64,000 bases of DNA from positions 288,001 through 352,000 of the forward strand of contig OY970342.1 in the NCBI GenBank assembly GCA_963717505.1, read 5' to 3'. Positions 30,643-39,425 of this stretch are shown here, piece after piece. Source of the DNA: Candidatus Eiseniibacteriota bacterium (GTDB lineage Bacteria; Eisenbacteria; RBG-16-71-46). The notes under the pieces were generated by a model, which saw only the letters and a program-made list of their open reading frames with translations, was not told the DNA's origin and ran no database searches. The first letter of the stretch is position 1, and each line of letters begins with the position of its first letter. The position numbers and the translations under genes are program-made.

Positions 30643-32667
30643 CTAGACTCCGAACTTCTCCGGCTCCCACTCGAGCCCGAGGTCGCCGGGCGGCCCCATG
30701 TAGCCGAGCAGTGCGCTTGCCGCCACCACCGCCGGGCTCGCCAGGTAGCCTTCCCCACCCACACCCATGCGGTTCGTCCAGTTTCGGTTGAACGACGTGA
30801 TCGCGCGCTGTCCCGCGGTCAGGGCATCCGGGCCCTGGCCGAAGCACGGCCCGCACCACGACTCTCGGATCTCGCCGCCGACCGAGCGGAAGACGTCAGC
30901 GATCGAAGCACCGCCCAGACGAGGATCGGCGCTTTCGATCTGGCGCTTCACGCCGCCCGATCCCGGGAAAATGATGAACGGCTTGGCGACCTCGCCGCGC
31001 CGCGCGGCGTGGATCACCAGTGCCGCCGACAGCAAGTCGTCGTAGCCGCCGTTGGTGCAGGAGCCAATCATGGCTTTGTCGAAGGTGAGTCGCTCCTTGG
31101 CGATCTCCTCGGCCGGGAACGCGTTCCCCGGGCTGAACGGCCGGGCGATCATCGGCACGACCTCGGGCAGATCGAGCGCCTCGTCGATCTCGTAGCGGGC
31201 GTTTGCGCCGGGCGCGATCCGCGGGTAGGGCAGCTCGTTCATGCCCTTCTTGCGATACCACTCATAGGTGATGTCGTCGGCCGCGAAGATGCCGTTCATC
31301 GCCTCGCCTTCGGCCATCATGTTGCAGATGGTGTTGCGGAAGGCGACCGGAAGTTGTTTGCCGGCGTCGATGAATTCGACCGACATGCCCTGCGATTGCT
31401 TGGCGCCCCAGCGCTTGAGCAACGCGAGCACGATGTCCTTGCCTGTGACCCACGGCTGGAGCTTGCCGGCGAACACCACGCGCCGCTGCTTGGGCACCGT
31501 GAAGTAGATGTAGCCGGTCGACCAGCCGAAGCCGAGCGTGGTCGAGCCGACCCCGATGCCGATCGCACCGTAGGCGCCGTAGGCGCGGCTGTGCGAATCG
31601 GCCCCGGGGATGAACTGCCCCGGCATCACCAGGCCCTGCTCGGGAAAATAGAAGTGGAAGATGCCGTCGCCCGGTGTGGCGTAGTAGGGCTTCTCGATTC
31701 CGTGGTGCTTCGCGAACGCGCGGCCGATCGCGGTCTGGCGATCGTCGTCGGCCTTGCCGGTGAACACGAAGTGATCGTTGGCGACCGCGATCTGGCGCGG
31801 GAAGATGGCGTCGCCGCCCGTGATCTGGTTGAACGTGTGGATCGAGAACGGTGCGGTGCCGTCAGAAGCCGGAAGTAAGTCTGCAAATACCCGCAGCGTC
31901 GCCCCCGGCTCGACCCGCGCGTCCTTGTCGACTCGATGCGCCCACACGATCTGCTCGGTTGTGGTCAGGTTGCGCGCGACGTCGGCGCCGGCCCAGACGA
32001 CCTCCGGCTTGCGCCGCACCGCCTCGGGAAATTCGCGGCGGCCGACGGCGAAGATGCCGCCGGTGCGCCGGATCTCGTCTTCCTTTGGCGTCAGCGCCAC
32101 CGGCTCGTAGGTCTTGCCGCGCGTCGTGTTGGTCAGCCGCCGGCTCACCGGATCGAACTCGAACGCGTCGCCCTCTTGCGCGTCGGCCACGGCCTCGGGG
32201 CTCTGAACGACCTGGAGCCCGAGATTGAGCGCGTTGCGTCGAAAAATGTCGCCCATGTTGTTGCCGCACACCACGACCATCTCGAGGCCGGCCTCTTCGG
32301 CGACACCTTTAAGCCCGGCCGGGCTCATCTCGCGCGAGCTGCCGATCGCGAACCGGTCGCCCGCGATCAGGAACGACTCGCCGCGGTGGACGCGGGCGCG
32401 AAAGTCGGGCATCAGGTGGCGGAACGAGCCGGCTTTCCAGCGTTCGTCCAACGTTTCCAGGCTCTCGGACACGCAGTCGGAGGCTGGCGTGATCTGGTCG
32501 GTGTCGATCGCGTCGAGTTTGTGGCCGGGGCGCTTGGGGTCCCAGAAGATCAGAGCCTTGCCGCGCAGGATGCGCGTCGAACCTGCGGCAGCGGGTCCGG
32601 CGGACTGCGCGGAGGGGGCGTCGAGAACGGCACCGGGCTTCACGCGGGCGGGCTGGATGGTGTGCAT
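30643..32667 (-). CDS. Aconitase-superfamily hydratase/isomerase with N-terminal swivel domain fused to the large Fe-S domain
   Basis: IDTDQI, F.IGSSRE and IFRRNA (LeuD-like) precede NDH, GADSHS, GSCTNG, CGPCFG, FNRN and YLASP (LeuC-like). Confidence 0.85.
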   Translation of the reverse strand: MHTIQPARVKPGAVLDAPSAQSAGPAAAGSTRILRGKALIFWDPKRPGHKLDAIDTDQITPASDCVSESLETLDERWKAGSFRHLMPDFRARVHRGESFLIAGDRFAIGSSREMSPAGLKGVAEEAGLEMVVVCGNNMGDIFRRNALNLGLQVVQSPEAVADAQEGDAFEFDPVSRRLTNTTRGKTYEPVALTPKEDEIRRTGGIFAVGRREFPEAVRRKPEVVWAGADVARNLTTTEQIVWAHRVDKDARVEPGATLRVFADLLPASDGTAPFSIHTFNQITGGDAIFPRQIAVANDHFVFTGKADDDRQTAIGRAFAKHHGIEKPYYATPGDGIFHFYFPEQGLVMPGQFIPGADSHSRAYGAYGAIGIGVGSTTLGFGWSTGYIYFTVPKQRRVVFAGKLQPWVTGKDIVLALLKRWGAKQSQGMSVEFIDAGKQLPVAFRNTICNMMAEGEAMNGIFAADDITYEWYRKKGMNELPYPRIAPGANARYEIDEALDLPEVVPMIARPFSPGNAFPAEEIAKERLTFDKAMIGSCTNGGYDDLLSAALVIHAARRGEVAKPFIIFPGSGGVKRQIESADPRLGGASIADVFRSVGGEIRESWCGPCFGQGPDALTAGQRAITSFNRNWTNRMGVGGEGYLASPAVVAASALLGYMGPPGDLGLEWEPEKFGV

Positions 32668-32748
32668 GGGCCCCGCGATCCTACGCGTTCCCGCACGCTC
32701 GGCAAACTCGGGAGGACGGGGCCGTAACGGCGCCCGCCCCGCGGGAAT

Positions 32749-33261
32749 CTAGTTCCGGGGTAGGTCCCGGACCGCGACCGGCTGCGGCGAGGGCGCGAGC
32801 AGACGCACCGCGCGCACCTGGGACTTGTTCACCAGCGCCGCGCCCTGGGTGGCGCGCATCGGGAAGAAGTCGTCGGGCAGGTTCAGGAAGTCCGAGACCC
32901 GGTTCATGCCTTCGGGCTGCTCCATCTGCACCAGGCCGACCATGGTGCGGCCGTCCCGGAACGTGATGTGCACGGTTTCCTCGTTAGTCACCAAGTAGTT
33001 CGGCGGACAGACCAGCTCGGGTTTGACCTCGCGCGTGGCCATGACCCAGTTGACGTCGAGGCGGTTGAGCAGCACCACCTCGGATCGCTCGGGCACCACC
33101 AGCGGCACGATCCGGCTGCCGGAGTTCAACAGCTCGAACAGGGTCTCCGGGCCGAGATGATCGCGCGACTGGGGCAGCAGCCAGCAGTGGCCGGGCTGCG
33201 ATTCCTCGCCTGACATGCAGACGCTGATCTCGACCGCGATCTTCTCGATGTACTCGAACAT
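32749..33261 (-). CDS. Hypothetical protein (two DUF6812-like repeats)
   Basis: GGAGG RBS before MFEYIEK. Internal repeat: ETLFELLN...LLNR..V and RVSDFLN...LVNK.QV. Confidence 0.55.
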   Translation of the reverse strand: MFEYIEKIAVEISVCMSGEESQPGHCWLLPQSRDHLGPETLFELLNSGSRIVPLVVPERSEVVLLNRLDVNWVMATREVKPELVCPPNYLVTNEETVHITFRDGRTMVGLVQMEQPEGMNRVSDFLNLPDDFFPMRATQGAALVNKSQVRAVRLLAPSPQPVAVRDLPRN

Positions 33262-33360
33262 GCGCTCGCCTCCGGGTTCGGTCCGGGTATCGGTCCTCGA
33301 GGGCGGCGTCTTGAGCGGACTCCAGATTTCGCCGAGTCCGGCCGAAAACTCAGGCACGCC

Positions 33361-34437
33361 ATGGCACGCATCGACGCGATCCTCAAGCTGGTCAAGGACC
33401 AGGGTGCTTCGGATCTCCATCTGAGCGCCGGGGCTCCGCCCATGGTCCGGATCCACGGCGAGATCACTCCGATCCCGTACGAGCAGCTGACCGCCGAGGT
33501 CTGCGAGCTGCTGATGTTCGAGATCATGGACGCGCAGGTGCGAGCGCGTTACGAGCAGAATCGCGACGTGGACTTCTCGTACGAAGTCCCCGGCGTGATC
33601 CGGGTGCGTTGCAACGTGTACGAGCAGCACAAGGGGGTTTCGGGCGCATTCCGTTTGCTCCCCGGAGCGGTCCCGACCTTCGAGGACCTGGGCCTGCCGA
33701 CTTCGCTCGCGCGCCTGACCGAGTTGCCGCGCGGCCTGGTGATCGTCACCGGCCCCCCCGGCACCGGAAAGTCGAGCACGCTCGCGGCGATGATCGACCA
33801 CATCAACCGCACGCACCGGAAGCACATCCTGACCATCGAGGACCCGATCGAGTTCCGCCACATCAACCACCAGTCGCTGGTCACCCAGCGCGAGATCGGG
33901 CGCAACACGCCGAGCTTCGTCCAGGCGCTGCATGGCGCCCTGCGCGAGGACCCGGACGTGATCATGGTCGGCGAGATGCGGGACGCCGAGACCATGTCGC
34001 TGGCGCTGACCGCGGCGGCCACCGGCCAGCTCGTGTTCGGCACGCTGCACACGATGAGCGCGATGCAGACGGTCGACCGCATCCTCGACTCGTTCGACGG
34101 CGAACGGCAGATGCAGGTGCGTCTGATGCTCTCCGAGTCGCTGCGCTGCGTGCTCGCCCAGCGCCTGCTCAAGCGGCGCGACGGCAGCGGCCGTGCGCTG
34201 GCGCTCGAGATCCTCATGGGCACCCAAGCGGTGTCGGCGCTGATTCGCGAGCGGAAGACGTTCCAGCTCTCGTCGGTGGTTCAAACCGGGCGCAAGGAAG
34301 GCATGCAGACCATGGACGAATCGGTCATGAACCTGGTCCGCACCGGAGTCGTGTCGCCCGAGATGGCGGCGGCGCACGTGACCAACCGCGACTTGCTGCG
34401 CGCCGCGCCCGGCGACGCTGGCCTGATGGCCGCATGA
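33361..34437 (+). CDS. pilT: Type IV pilus retraction ATPase PilT/PilU family
   Basis: ASDLHL, GPPGTGKSSTL, TIEDPIE, LREDPDVIMVGEMRD, GTLHT, SALIRE and GMQTMD. Confidence 0.9.
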   Translation: MARIDAILKLVKDQGASDLHLSAGAPPMVRIHGEITPIPYEQLTAEVCELLMFEIMDAQVRARYEQNRDVDFSYEVPGVIRVRCNVYEQHKGVSGAFRLLPGAVPTFEDLGLPTSLARLTELPRGLVIVTGPPGTGKSSTLAAMIDHINRTHRKHILTIEDPIEFRHINHQSLVTQREIGRNTPSFVQALHGALREDPDVIMVGEMRDAETMSLALTAAATGQLVFGTLHTMSAMQTVDRILDSFDGERQMQVRLMLSESLRCVLAQRLLKRRDGSGRALALEILMGTQAVSALIRERKTFQLSSVVQTGRKEGMQTMDESVMNLVRTGVVSPEMAAAHVTNRDLLRAAPGDAGLMAA

Positions 34438-35732
34438 CCTCGATGGCCACGCGCGCGGGCTCTTTCAGCGGCGAGCTGGGCGTCGTCGGCCTGTTCGACC
34501 TGGGCCACCTGCTGATGCTCAATCGCGCGAGCGGCACACTGACCGTCACCGCGGAGGGCCGCCGCTCGACGCTTTCGATTCGCGAGGGCAAGCTGGTGAA
34601 CGCGGTCGACGACCGGCGCAAGCAGGGTCTGGACGCCGCCTATCGGGTGTTCATGATCCGCGCCGGAATGTTCGAATTCCGCCCGGGCAAGCCCGCGGGC
34701 GAAGAAGCGATCGACGCAAGCATCGAGGCCATCATGCTCGAGGCTGCGCGCCGCATGGACGAGGAATCTGGCGACACCGGCGCGACGCGCCTGCTGCTGG
34801 TGCGCCAGACCCAGTTCGACGCCCTGCGCGACGAGTTCCATCGCGTGACCAGCGAGGCCGTCTCCGAAGCGCGCCGCGCGCCGTCGTGGAGCGATCCCTG
34901 GCTCGATTCGCTGCAGGTGATGGAGGATCGTCTGCTGTTCCGGCCCGAGGCGGAGCCACGGCTGTTCCGTCAAGGCCGTTGGGATCCACCGCAGGCGGAG
35001 GAAGCACCGCTCGATGTTCAGGCCTACGAAGAGCTACGCGTCAGCCTGATGTCCGGCGTCGCGCTCGAAAATCTGGCGGAGGACGTGAGGCGCCGCGTGG
35101 TCAGTCATCGCGGCAGGCGCTACGGCATCACCTGGATCAGCGGCCTGAACGAAGCCATGTGGGTGAGCCTCGCCGACGTCGATGCCGGCGTGGTGGCCGG
35201 CAAGTGGGAAGCGTTGGACGCGGTGCTCGACGAACCATCGGCAACCATCTTTGCCGCCGCGCCGACGCTGGACGAAGCCAATCGGCTGCTGCGGATGCTG
35301 GTCGCGCGCGTCGCTTCGCGTCGCGGCACGACGCTGGTGGTGATCACCGAGGATGCCTCGATGGCCGACGACAAGGGCACCGGCCTCGTGCTCGCCGTGA
35401 GCGCCGCCGAATCGGAGCGTGTGATTCGCGCCGCGCGCCCGGGAATCGTGGCGTTGGATGCCGCGTGCCCGCTGGGTGCGGTGATCCTGCCGGCACTGTC
35501 GGCAGCACCGTTCGTGCTCGCGGGTGTCGTGGCCCCGACCCCTGAAGCCGTGATTGCCCGCTGGCTCGTGCGCTTTCCGTCGGCCGAGCTGCCGCGTGCG
35601 ACGACGCTTGTGTCGTCGGCGCCCGCGGCCGTGATGATGGCCAGCCGAGCGGCCGGCACCAGTGCGCTGTCGTTCACCGTGCACCGCGTGACGCCGCCGA
35701 CCGGGGCGCTGTCGATCGATCTCGTTCGATAG
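34434..35732 (+). CDS. DUF4388 (PatA-N-like) domain fused to a degenerate PilT-like domain
   Basis: N-terminus FSGEL....LFDL..LL...RASGTL...G.FEF...[11 protein letters not shown]. The C-part aligns by eye with the adjacent PilT but lacks Walker motifs. ATGA overlap with pilT. Confidence 0.65.
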   Translation: MTSMATRAGSFSGELGVVGLFDLGHLLMLNRASGTLTVTAEGRRSTLSIREGKLVNAVDDRRKQGLDAAYRVFMIRAGMFEFRPGKPAGEEAIDASIEAIMLEAARRMDEESGDTGATRLLLVRQTQFDALRDEFHRVTSEAVSEARRAPSWSDPWLDSLQVMEDRLLFRPEAEPRLFRQGRWDPPQAEEAPLDVQAYEELRVSLMSGVALENLAEDVRRRVVSHRGRRYGITWISGLNEAMWVSLADVDAGVVAGKWEALDAVLDEPSATIFAAAPTLDEANRLLRMLVARVASRRGTTLVVITEDASMADDKGTGLVLAVSAAESERVIRAARPGIVALDAACPLGAVILPALSAAPFVLAGVVAPTPEAVIARWLVRFPSAELPRATTLVSSAPAAVMMASRAAGTSALSFTVHRVTPPTGALSIDLVR

Positions 35733-35854
35733 GAACCAACTTTCGCCGCATCGGAGTGCGGCAATCGGTCGCGTGTTCGTGCCGCCCTGACGATCTCCTG
35801 ACGTTGGACGAGCCGCGAAGCCTTTTGCGGGCACTCTGCATCCAATGCGGCGCC

Positions 35855-36871
35855 ATGCCCGATCAGGAACGTGTACCAGAAGGGCTGAACTCCGACGCCC
35901 ACAGCACTGACGCCGAGCTGCTCGACGCTTACTCGCGCGCCGTGACCTCGGCGGTGGACCTTGTCGGACCCGCGGTGGTCCGGATCGAGGTCGAGCACGG
36001 CTCTTCCCCCGGCCAGATTTCCCTACCTGGGCGCCGTCGCGGCGGCAGCGGCTCCGGGTTCGTGTTCACCCACGACGGCCTGGTGCTGACCAACAGCCAC
36101 GTGGTCCATGGCGCAACCGCGATCCGGGTGATCCTGCAGGACGGCCGCGAGTTGGCGGCCGACCTTGTGGGTGACGATCCCGACACTGACCTCGCGATCG
36201 TGCGGGTCACGGCACCGGACCTGGTGCCCGCGACACTCGGCGACTCGAGCGCCTTGAAGCCCGGCCAGCTGGTGATCGCGATCGGCAATCCCTTTGGCTT
36301 CCAGACCTCGGTGACCGCCGGCGTGGTCAGCGCGCTCGGGCGCACGCTGCGCTCGCGCTCGGGCCGGCTGATGGACAACATCATCCAGACCGACGCGGCG
36401 CTGAACCCCGGCAACTCGGGCGGGCCGCTGGTCAGCTCGCGCGGCGAGGTGATCGGCGTCAACACCGCGGTGATCCTGCCGGCGCAGAACCTGTGCTTCG
36501 CGATTCCCTCGAACACCGCGATCCAGGTGGCGACGCTGCTGATTCGCTCGGGGCGCATCCGCCGCGCGTACCTCGGAATCGGCGGTCAGCACGTGCATCT
36601 CCATCCGCGCATCCTGCGCGCCTACGGCATCGGATCGCAGGACGCGCTCATGGTGGTCCAGGTCGAGCCCGGCAGCCCGGCTCAGGCAGCGGGCTTGAGG
36701 GACGGCGACATCGTCGTGGCCTTCGAGGACCAGCCGATCGAGTCGGTCGACGACATGCACCGCCTGCTCTCCGAGGAGCGGATCGGCGCGCGGTCGCGCC
36801 TGACGGTGCTCCGGCGCGGGCAGAAGCTCGATATCGAGGTCGTGCCGGCCGAGTCGTCGCCGCGCGACTAG
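35855..36871 (+). CDS. S1C (HtrA/DegP-like) serine protease with one PDZ domain
   Basis: GSGSGF, LTNSHVV, DLA and [16 protein letters not shown]; C-terminal PDZ. No evident signal peptide. Confidence 0.92.
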   Translation: MPDQERVPEGLNSDAHSTDAELLDAYSRAVTSAVDLVGPAVVRIEVEHGSSPGQISLPGRRRGGSGSGFVFTHDGLVLTNSHVVHGATAIRVILQDGRELAADLVGDDPDTDLAIVRVTAPDLVPATLGDSSALKPGQLVIAIGNPFGFQTSVTAGVVSALGRTLRSRSGRLMDNIIQTDAALNPGNSGGPLVSSRGEVIGVNTAVILPAQNLCFAIPSNTAIQVATLLIRSGRIRRAYLGIGGQHVHLHPRILRAYGIGSQDALMVVQVEPGSPAQAAGLRDGDIVVAFEDQPIESVDDMHRLLSEERIGARSRLTVLRRGQKLDIEVVPAESSPRD

Positions 36872-36971
36872 GGCGAAATCGCGCAGCCGCCCCCGCCGTG
36901 CACCAAGGCCGGGTCCAGTGCTCGACCGACGCGGCCGATAACTCTCGGAACGCCAACCCCGGGAGACCATC

Positions 36972-37355
36972 GTGCCTGATTGGATCTGGATCGCCATCGC
37001 TGCCACCGTCATCATCGACGTCGTGGTGATCACGCTGGTCCTGCGGCAGAAACTCGGGAACTCCGGGGTCGACTTTGCGCGCCTCGCCCAGCTCACCAAG
37101 CTGATCCACGAGGCGGTCGGCGAGCACATGCGGGCCAATTACAGCGGCAACGTCAGCCAGCTGCCGTCAGCGCTCGAGGGCCTGATGCCGGTGGTCGAGA
37201 GTGTCATCCACCACGGCGGCCACAAGCTCGACGACGACACGCTGCGGCTCCTGGTGGTGACCTCGGTGACCTCGCACCGGCTCGCCCCGCGGACCGACGT
37301 CCAGCGGGCGATGGAGCAGGTGCCGCGGCGCAACTCGCTCGAGCGAGCGGCATAG
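36972..37355 (+). CDS. Membrane-anchored hypothetical protein
   Basis: GGGAG RBS, N-terminal TM helix, GC3-rich codons. Confidence 0.6.
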   Translation: MPDWIWIAIAATVIIDVVVITLVLRQKLGNSGVDFARLAQLTKLIHEAVGEHMRANYSGNVSQLPSALEGLMPVVESVIHHGGHKLDDDTLRLLVVTSVTSHRLAPRTDVQRAMEQVPRRNSLERAA

Positions 37356-37371
37356 CTCCGACCCGTGGCCA

Positions 37372-37410
37372 ACTGTCCGCACGGACAGTAGGTGTCCCCG
37401 GGGACACCTA
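37372..37410. repeat. Two abutting palindromes
   Basis: ACTGTCCG-CA-CGGACAGT (37372-37389) and the perfect 22-bp TAGGTGTCCCCGGGGACACCTA (37389-37410). Confidence 0.85.
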
Positions 37411-37482
37411 GTTCGTTGATCCCACTGCCGGCGGCTCCCCTCCTTTGTCGGACCTGGGCGCGAGTGCGATTGTTCAGGGGCG

Positions 37483-38637
37483 ATGAGCCCCGCCAAGATC
37501 GACTCCGCCGCCACGACGCGCAGCACGCCCAGCGCGCCCGCCGATCGCCTGCTCGCCGCTGAACAGATCGTCACCAGCCCCGAGACCCGGCTCAGCTACC
37601 GGATCGAGCGTTTCCTCGGCCAGGGCGGGTTCGGCCAGGTCTACCTGGCGCGCCGCCTCGGCCGATCTTCCAAGATCGCCGAAACCGTGTGCATCAAGAT
37701 CAGCGTGCACATCGACGGCTGGCTGCGCGAAGCCTACTTCGGACAGCTCCTCGACGATCACCCGCGGGCGATCCGCGTGTTCGACACGTTCCCCCTGCTG
37801 ACCGCCGACGGCCAGGTGCGCTATTGCCTGGCGCTCGAGTACGCGCGCCATGGCGACCTGCGCATGTACCTGCGCCGCGCCGGCAAGGGCTGGCCCGAGC
37901 GCACCGTGCGCCGCGAGATCGCTGGCATTCTCGAAGTGCTGGGCAAGCTGCATCGAGGCCAGATGCTCCACCGCGACCTCACACCGCTCAACGTGTTCGT
38001 GTGCGAGGGGCCGACCCTCAAGCTCGGGGACTTCGGTATCGTCCGCCAGCAGAGCGACCGCCGCGGAATCACCGCGCGCACGCTGAATCCGTTCACCGCG
38101 CCGAGCGACATCCTGGCGGGTGCGGTGCCCAAGTGGCAGGCGCGCGACGACGTCTATCAAGTCGGGCAGTTGCTGGGCATGCTGGTCAAAGGCGATGCCG
38201 ACGCCCGGATTCGCCAAGGCGAGATCCGCCGCCTCGCGTGCACCGACCACCTGAAGGAGATCGTCTACCGGTGCATCGGCGAGCGGCGCAAGCGCTACGA
38301 GAGCGCCGACGAGCTGATCGATGCCCTGCGCAATCCGCCGGCGCCGCTCAAGATCGGCGTGCTCCGGTCGCTCAAGGGCGTCCACCTGGCGTTCACCGGT
38401 ACGCTCAGCAAACCCCGCATCGTGGCGGCGCGCGCCGCGCGCCGGGCGGGCGCCATCGTTCACGGCGCGCCGTCCGCGCAGACGACGGTGGTGGTGCGCG
38501 GGCGGCCGAACGCGCTCCAGGCCGCCGGCAAGGACGCGGGGCTCAAGCTGATGGAGATCAAGCGCCTGCGCGAGAAAGGGCACAAGATTACGCTGCTCAA
38601 CGACGCCCAGTTCTGGCGGCTGGTGCGCAAACGCTGA
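37483..38637 (+). CDS. Cytoplasmic Hanks-type Ser/Thr protein kinase with C-terminal BRCT domain
   Basis: LGQGGFGQVY, CIK, HRDLTPLN and DFG. C-terminal LKG..LAFTGTL...AGA.V....S..TT.VV.G resembles the NAD-ligase BRCT. Confidence 0.8.
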   Translation: MSPAKIDSAATTRSTPSAPADRLLAAEQIVTSPETRLSYRIERFLGQGGFGQVYLARRLGRSSKIAETVCIKISVHIDGWLREAYFGQLLDDHPRAIRVFDTFPLLTADGQVRYCLALEYARHGDLRMYLRRAGKGWPERTVRREIAGILEVLGKLHRGQMLHRDLTPLNVFVCEGPTLKLGDFGIVRQQSDRRGITARTLNPFTAPSDILAGAVPKWQARDDVYQVGQLLGMLVKGDADARIRQGEIRRLACTDHLKEIVYRCIGERRKRYESADELIDALRNPPAPLKIGVLRSLKGVHLAFTGTLSKPRIVAARAARRAGAIVHGAPSAQTTVVVRGRPNALQAAGKDAGLKLMEIKRLREKGHKITLLNDAQFWRLVRKR

Positions 38638-38656
38638 AAGCTGTTTGGCGAGCGAC

Positions 38657-39016
38657 CTAGCTCCGAGTTCGGGCCGACCTCGGATTACGCGCCGCGATTG
38701 CATACGCGTCGAAATATCTTTGCAGGGAGATCTCAGTTGAGCCGTACTCGTTCGAGCCATGAAGAAAGTCCACGACGACTTCCCGAGCCCGGGCGATTTC
38801 GCGGAGGCGGGCGACGGAGCCGCGAAGCCGCGGATCCGTAAGTGTCAGATCCAGGAGCTCCAAAGCTCGTTCCAGCGCGCCCTCGGCCAGACGCTCATTC
38901 CGCCCTTTCCACCGCGATGCCCGGCTCACTTCGCTGCCGATGTTGCCAAGCTGCTCGAAGAGCGTCAGTTCATGCCACCGACCCGCGGCCAGATCACGAT
39001 GACGAGCGCCGCTCAT
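38657..39016 (-). CDS. Conserved hypothetical helical protein
   Basis: RW..LTLFEQLGNIGSEVSRA...RALELLDLT...LREIARARE. ATGA overlap with the upstream gene. Confidence 0.7.
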   Translation of the reverse strand: MSGARHRDLAAGRWHELTLFEQLGNIGSEVSRASRWKGRNERLAEGALERALELLDLTLTDPRLRGSVARLREIARAREVVVDFLHGSNEYGSTEISLQRYFDAYAIAARNPRSARTRS

Positions 39017-39360
39017 CGCTGCACGAGGCGCCGGACCAGTTCTACAATGCGGTTCCGAGTCGCCGCATCGTCTACGGCTCGAGAGCGATTCCCGAGCGAT
39101 GGCCGCAGGTTGATCATCGAGTCGAACTCGAGCCACTCCTCCTCGGGAAGGTCGGGATACAGGTTGATGCCCCAGAGATCCTGCTGACGAGACCCGTCCG
39201 CGAGGAACATCGCTTCCTCGTCAGAATGCATTTCGGCATCTACCAGCATGATCCCCTGCTCCACGTCGACCACGGCCTTCACGAGTTCCCCGAAACCAGC
39301 GACTGCCATCTCTCTGAGTTCCGCCAGGGATATCGGGGTCTGCAAAGTCACTTTTTTCAT
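39013..39360 (-). CDS. DUF5674 family protein
   Basis: VKAVVDV...EMHSD.E..L..GS.Q.DLWGINLYP...EFDSMINLRPS..NRSR. Confidence 0.8.
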   Translation of the reverse strand: MKKVTLQTPISLAELREMAVAGFGELVKAVVDVEQGIMLVDAEMHSDEEAMFLADGSRQQDLWGINLYPDLPEEEWLEFDSMINLRPSLGNRSRAVDDAATRNRIVELVRRLVQR

Positions 39361-39425
39361 TGGCAGTCTCGTTCAGGGGCGGGTCCGGAGAGCTGGAGCG
39401 GCAACAGGTAGGGACGTTGTGGCCC

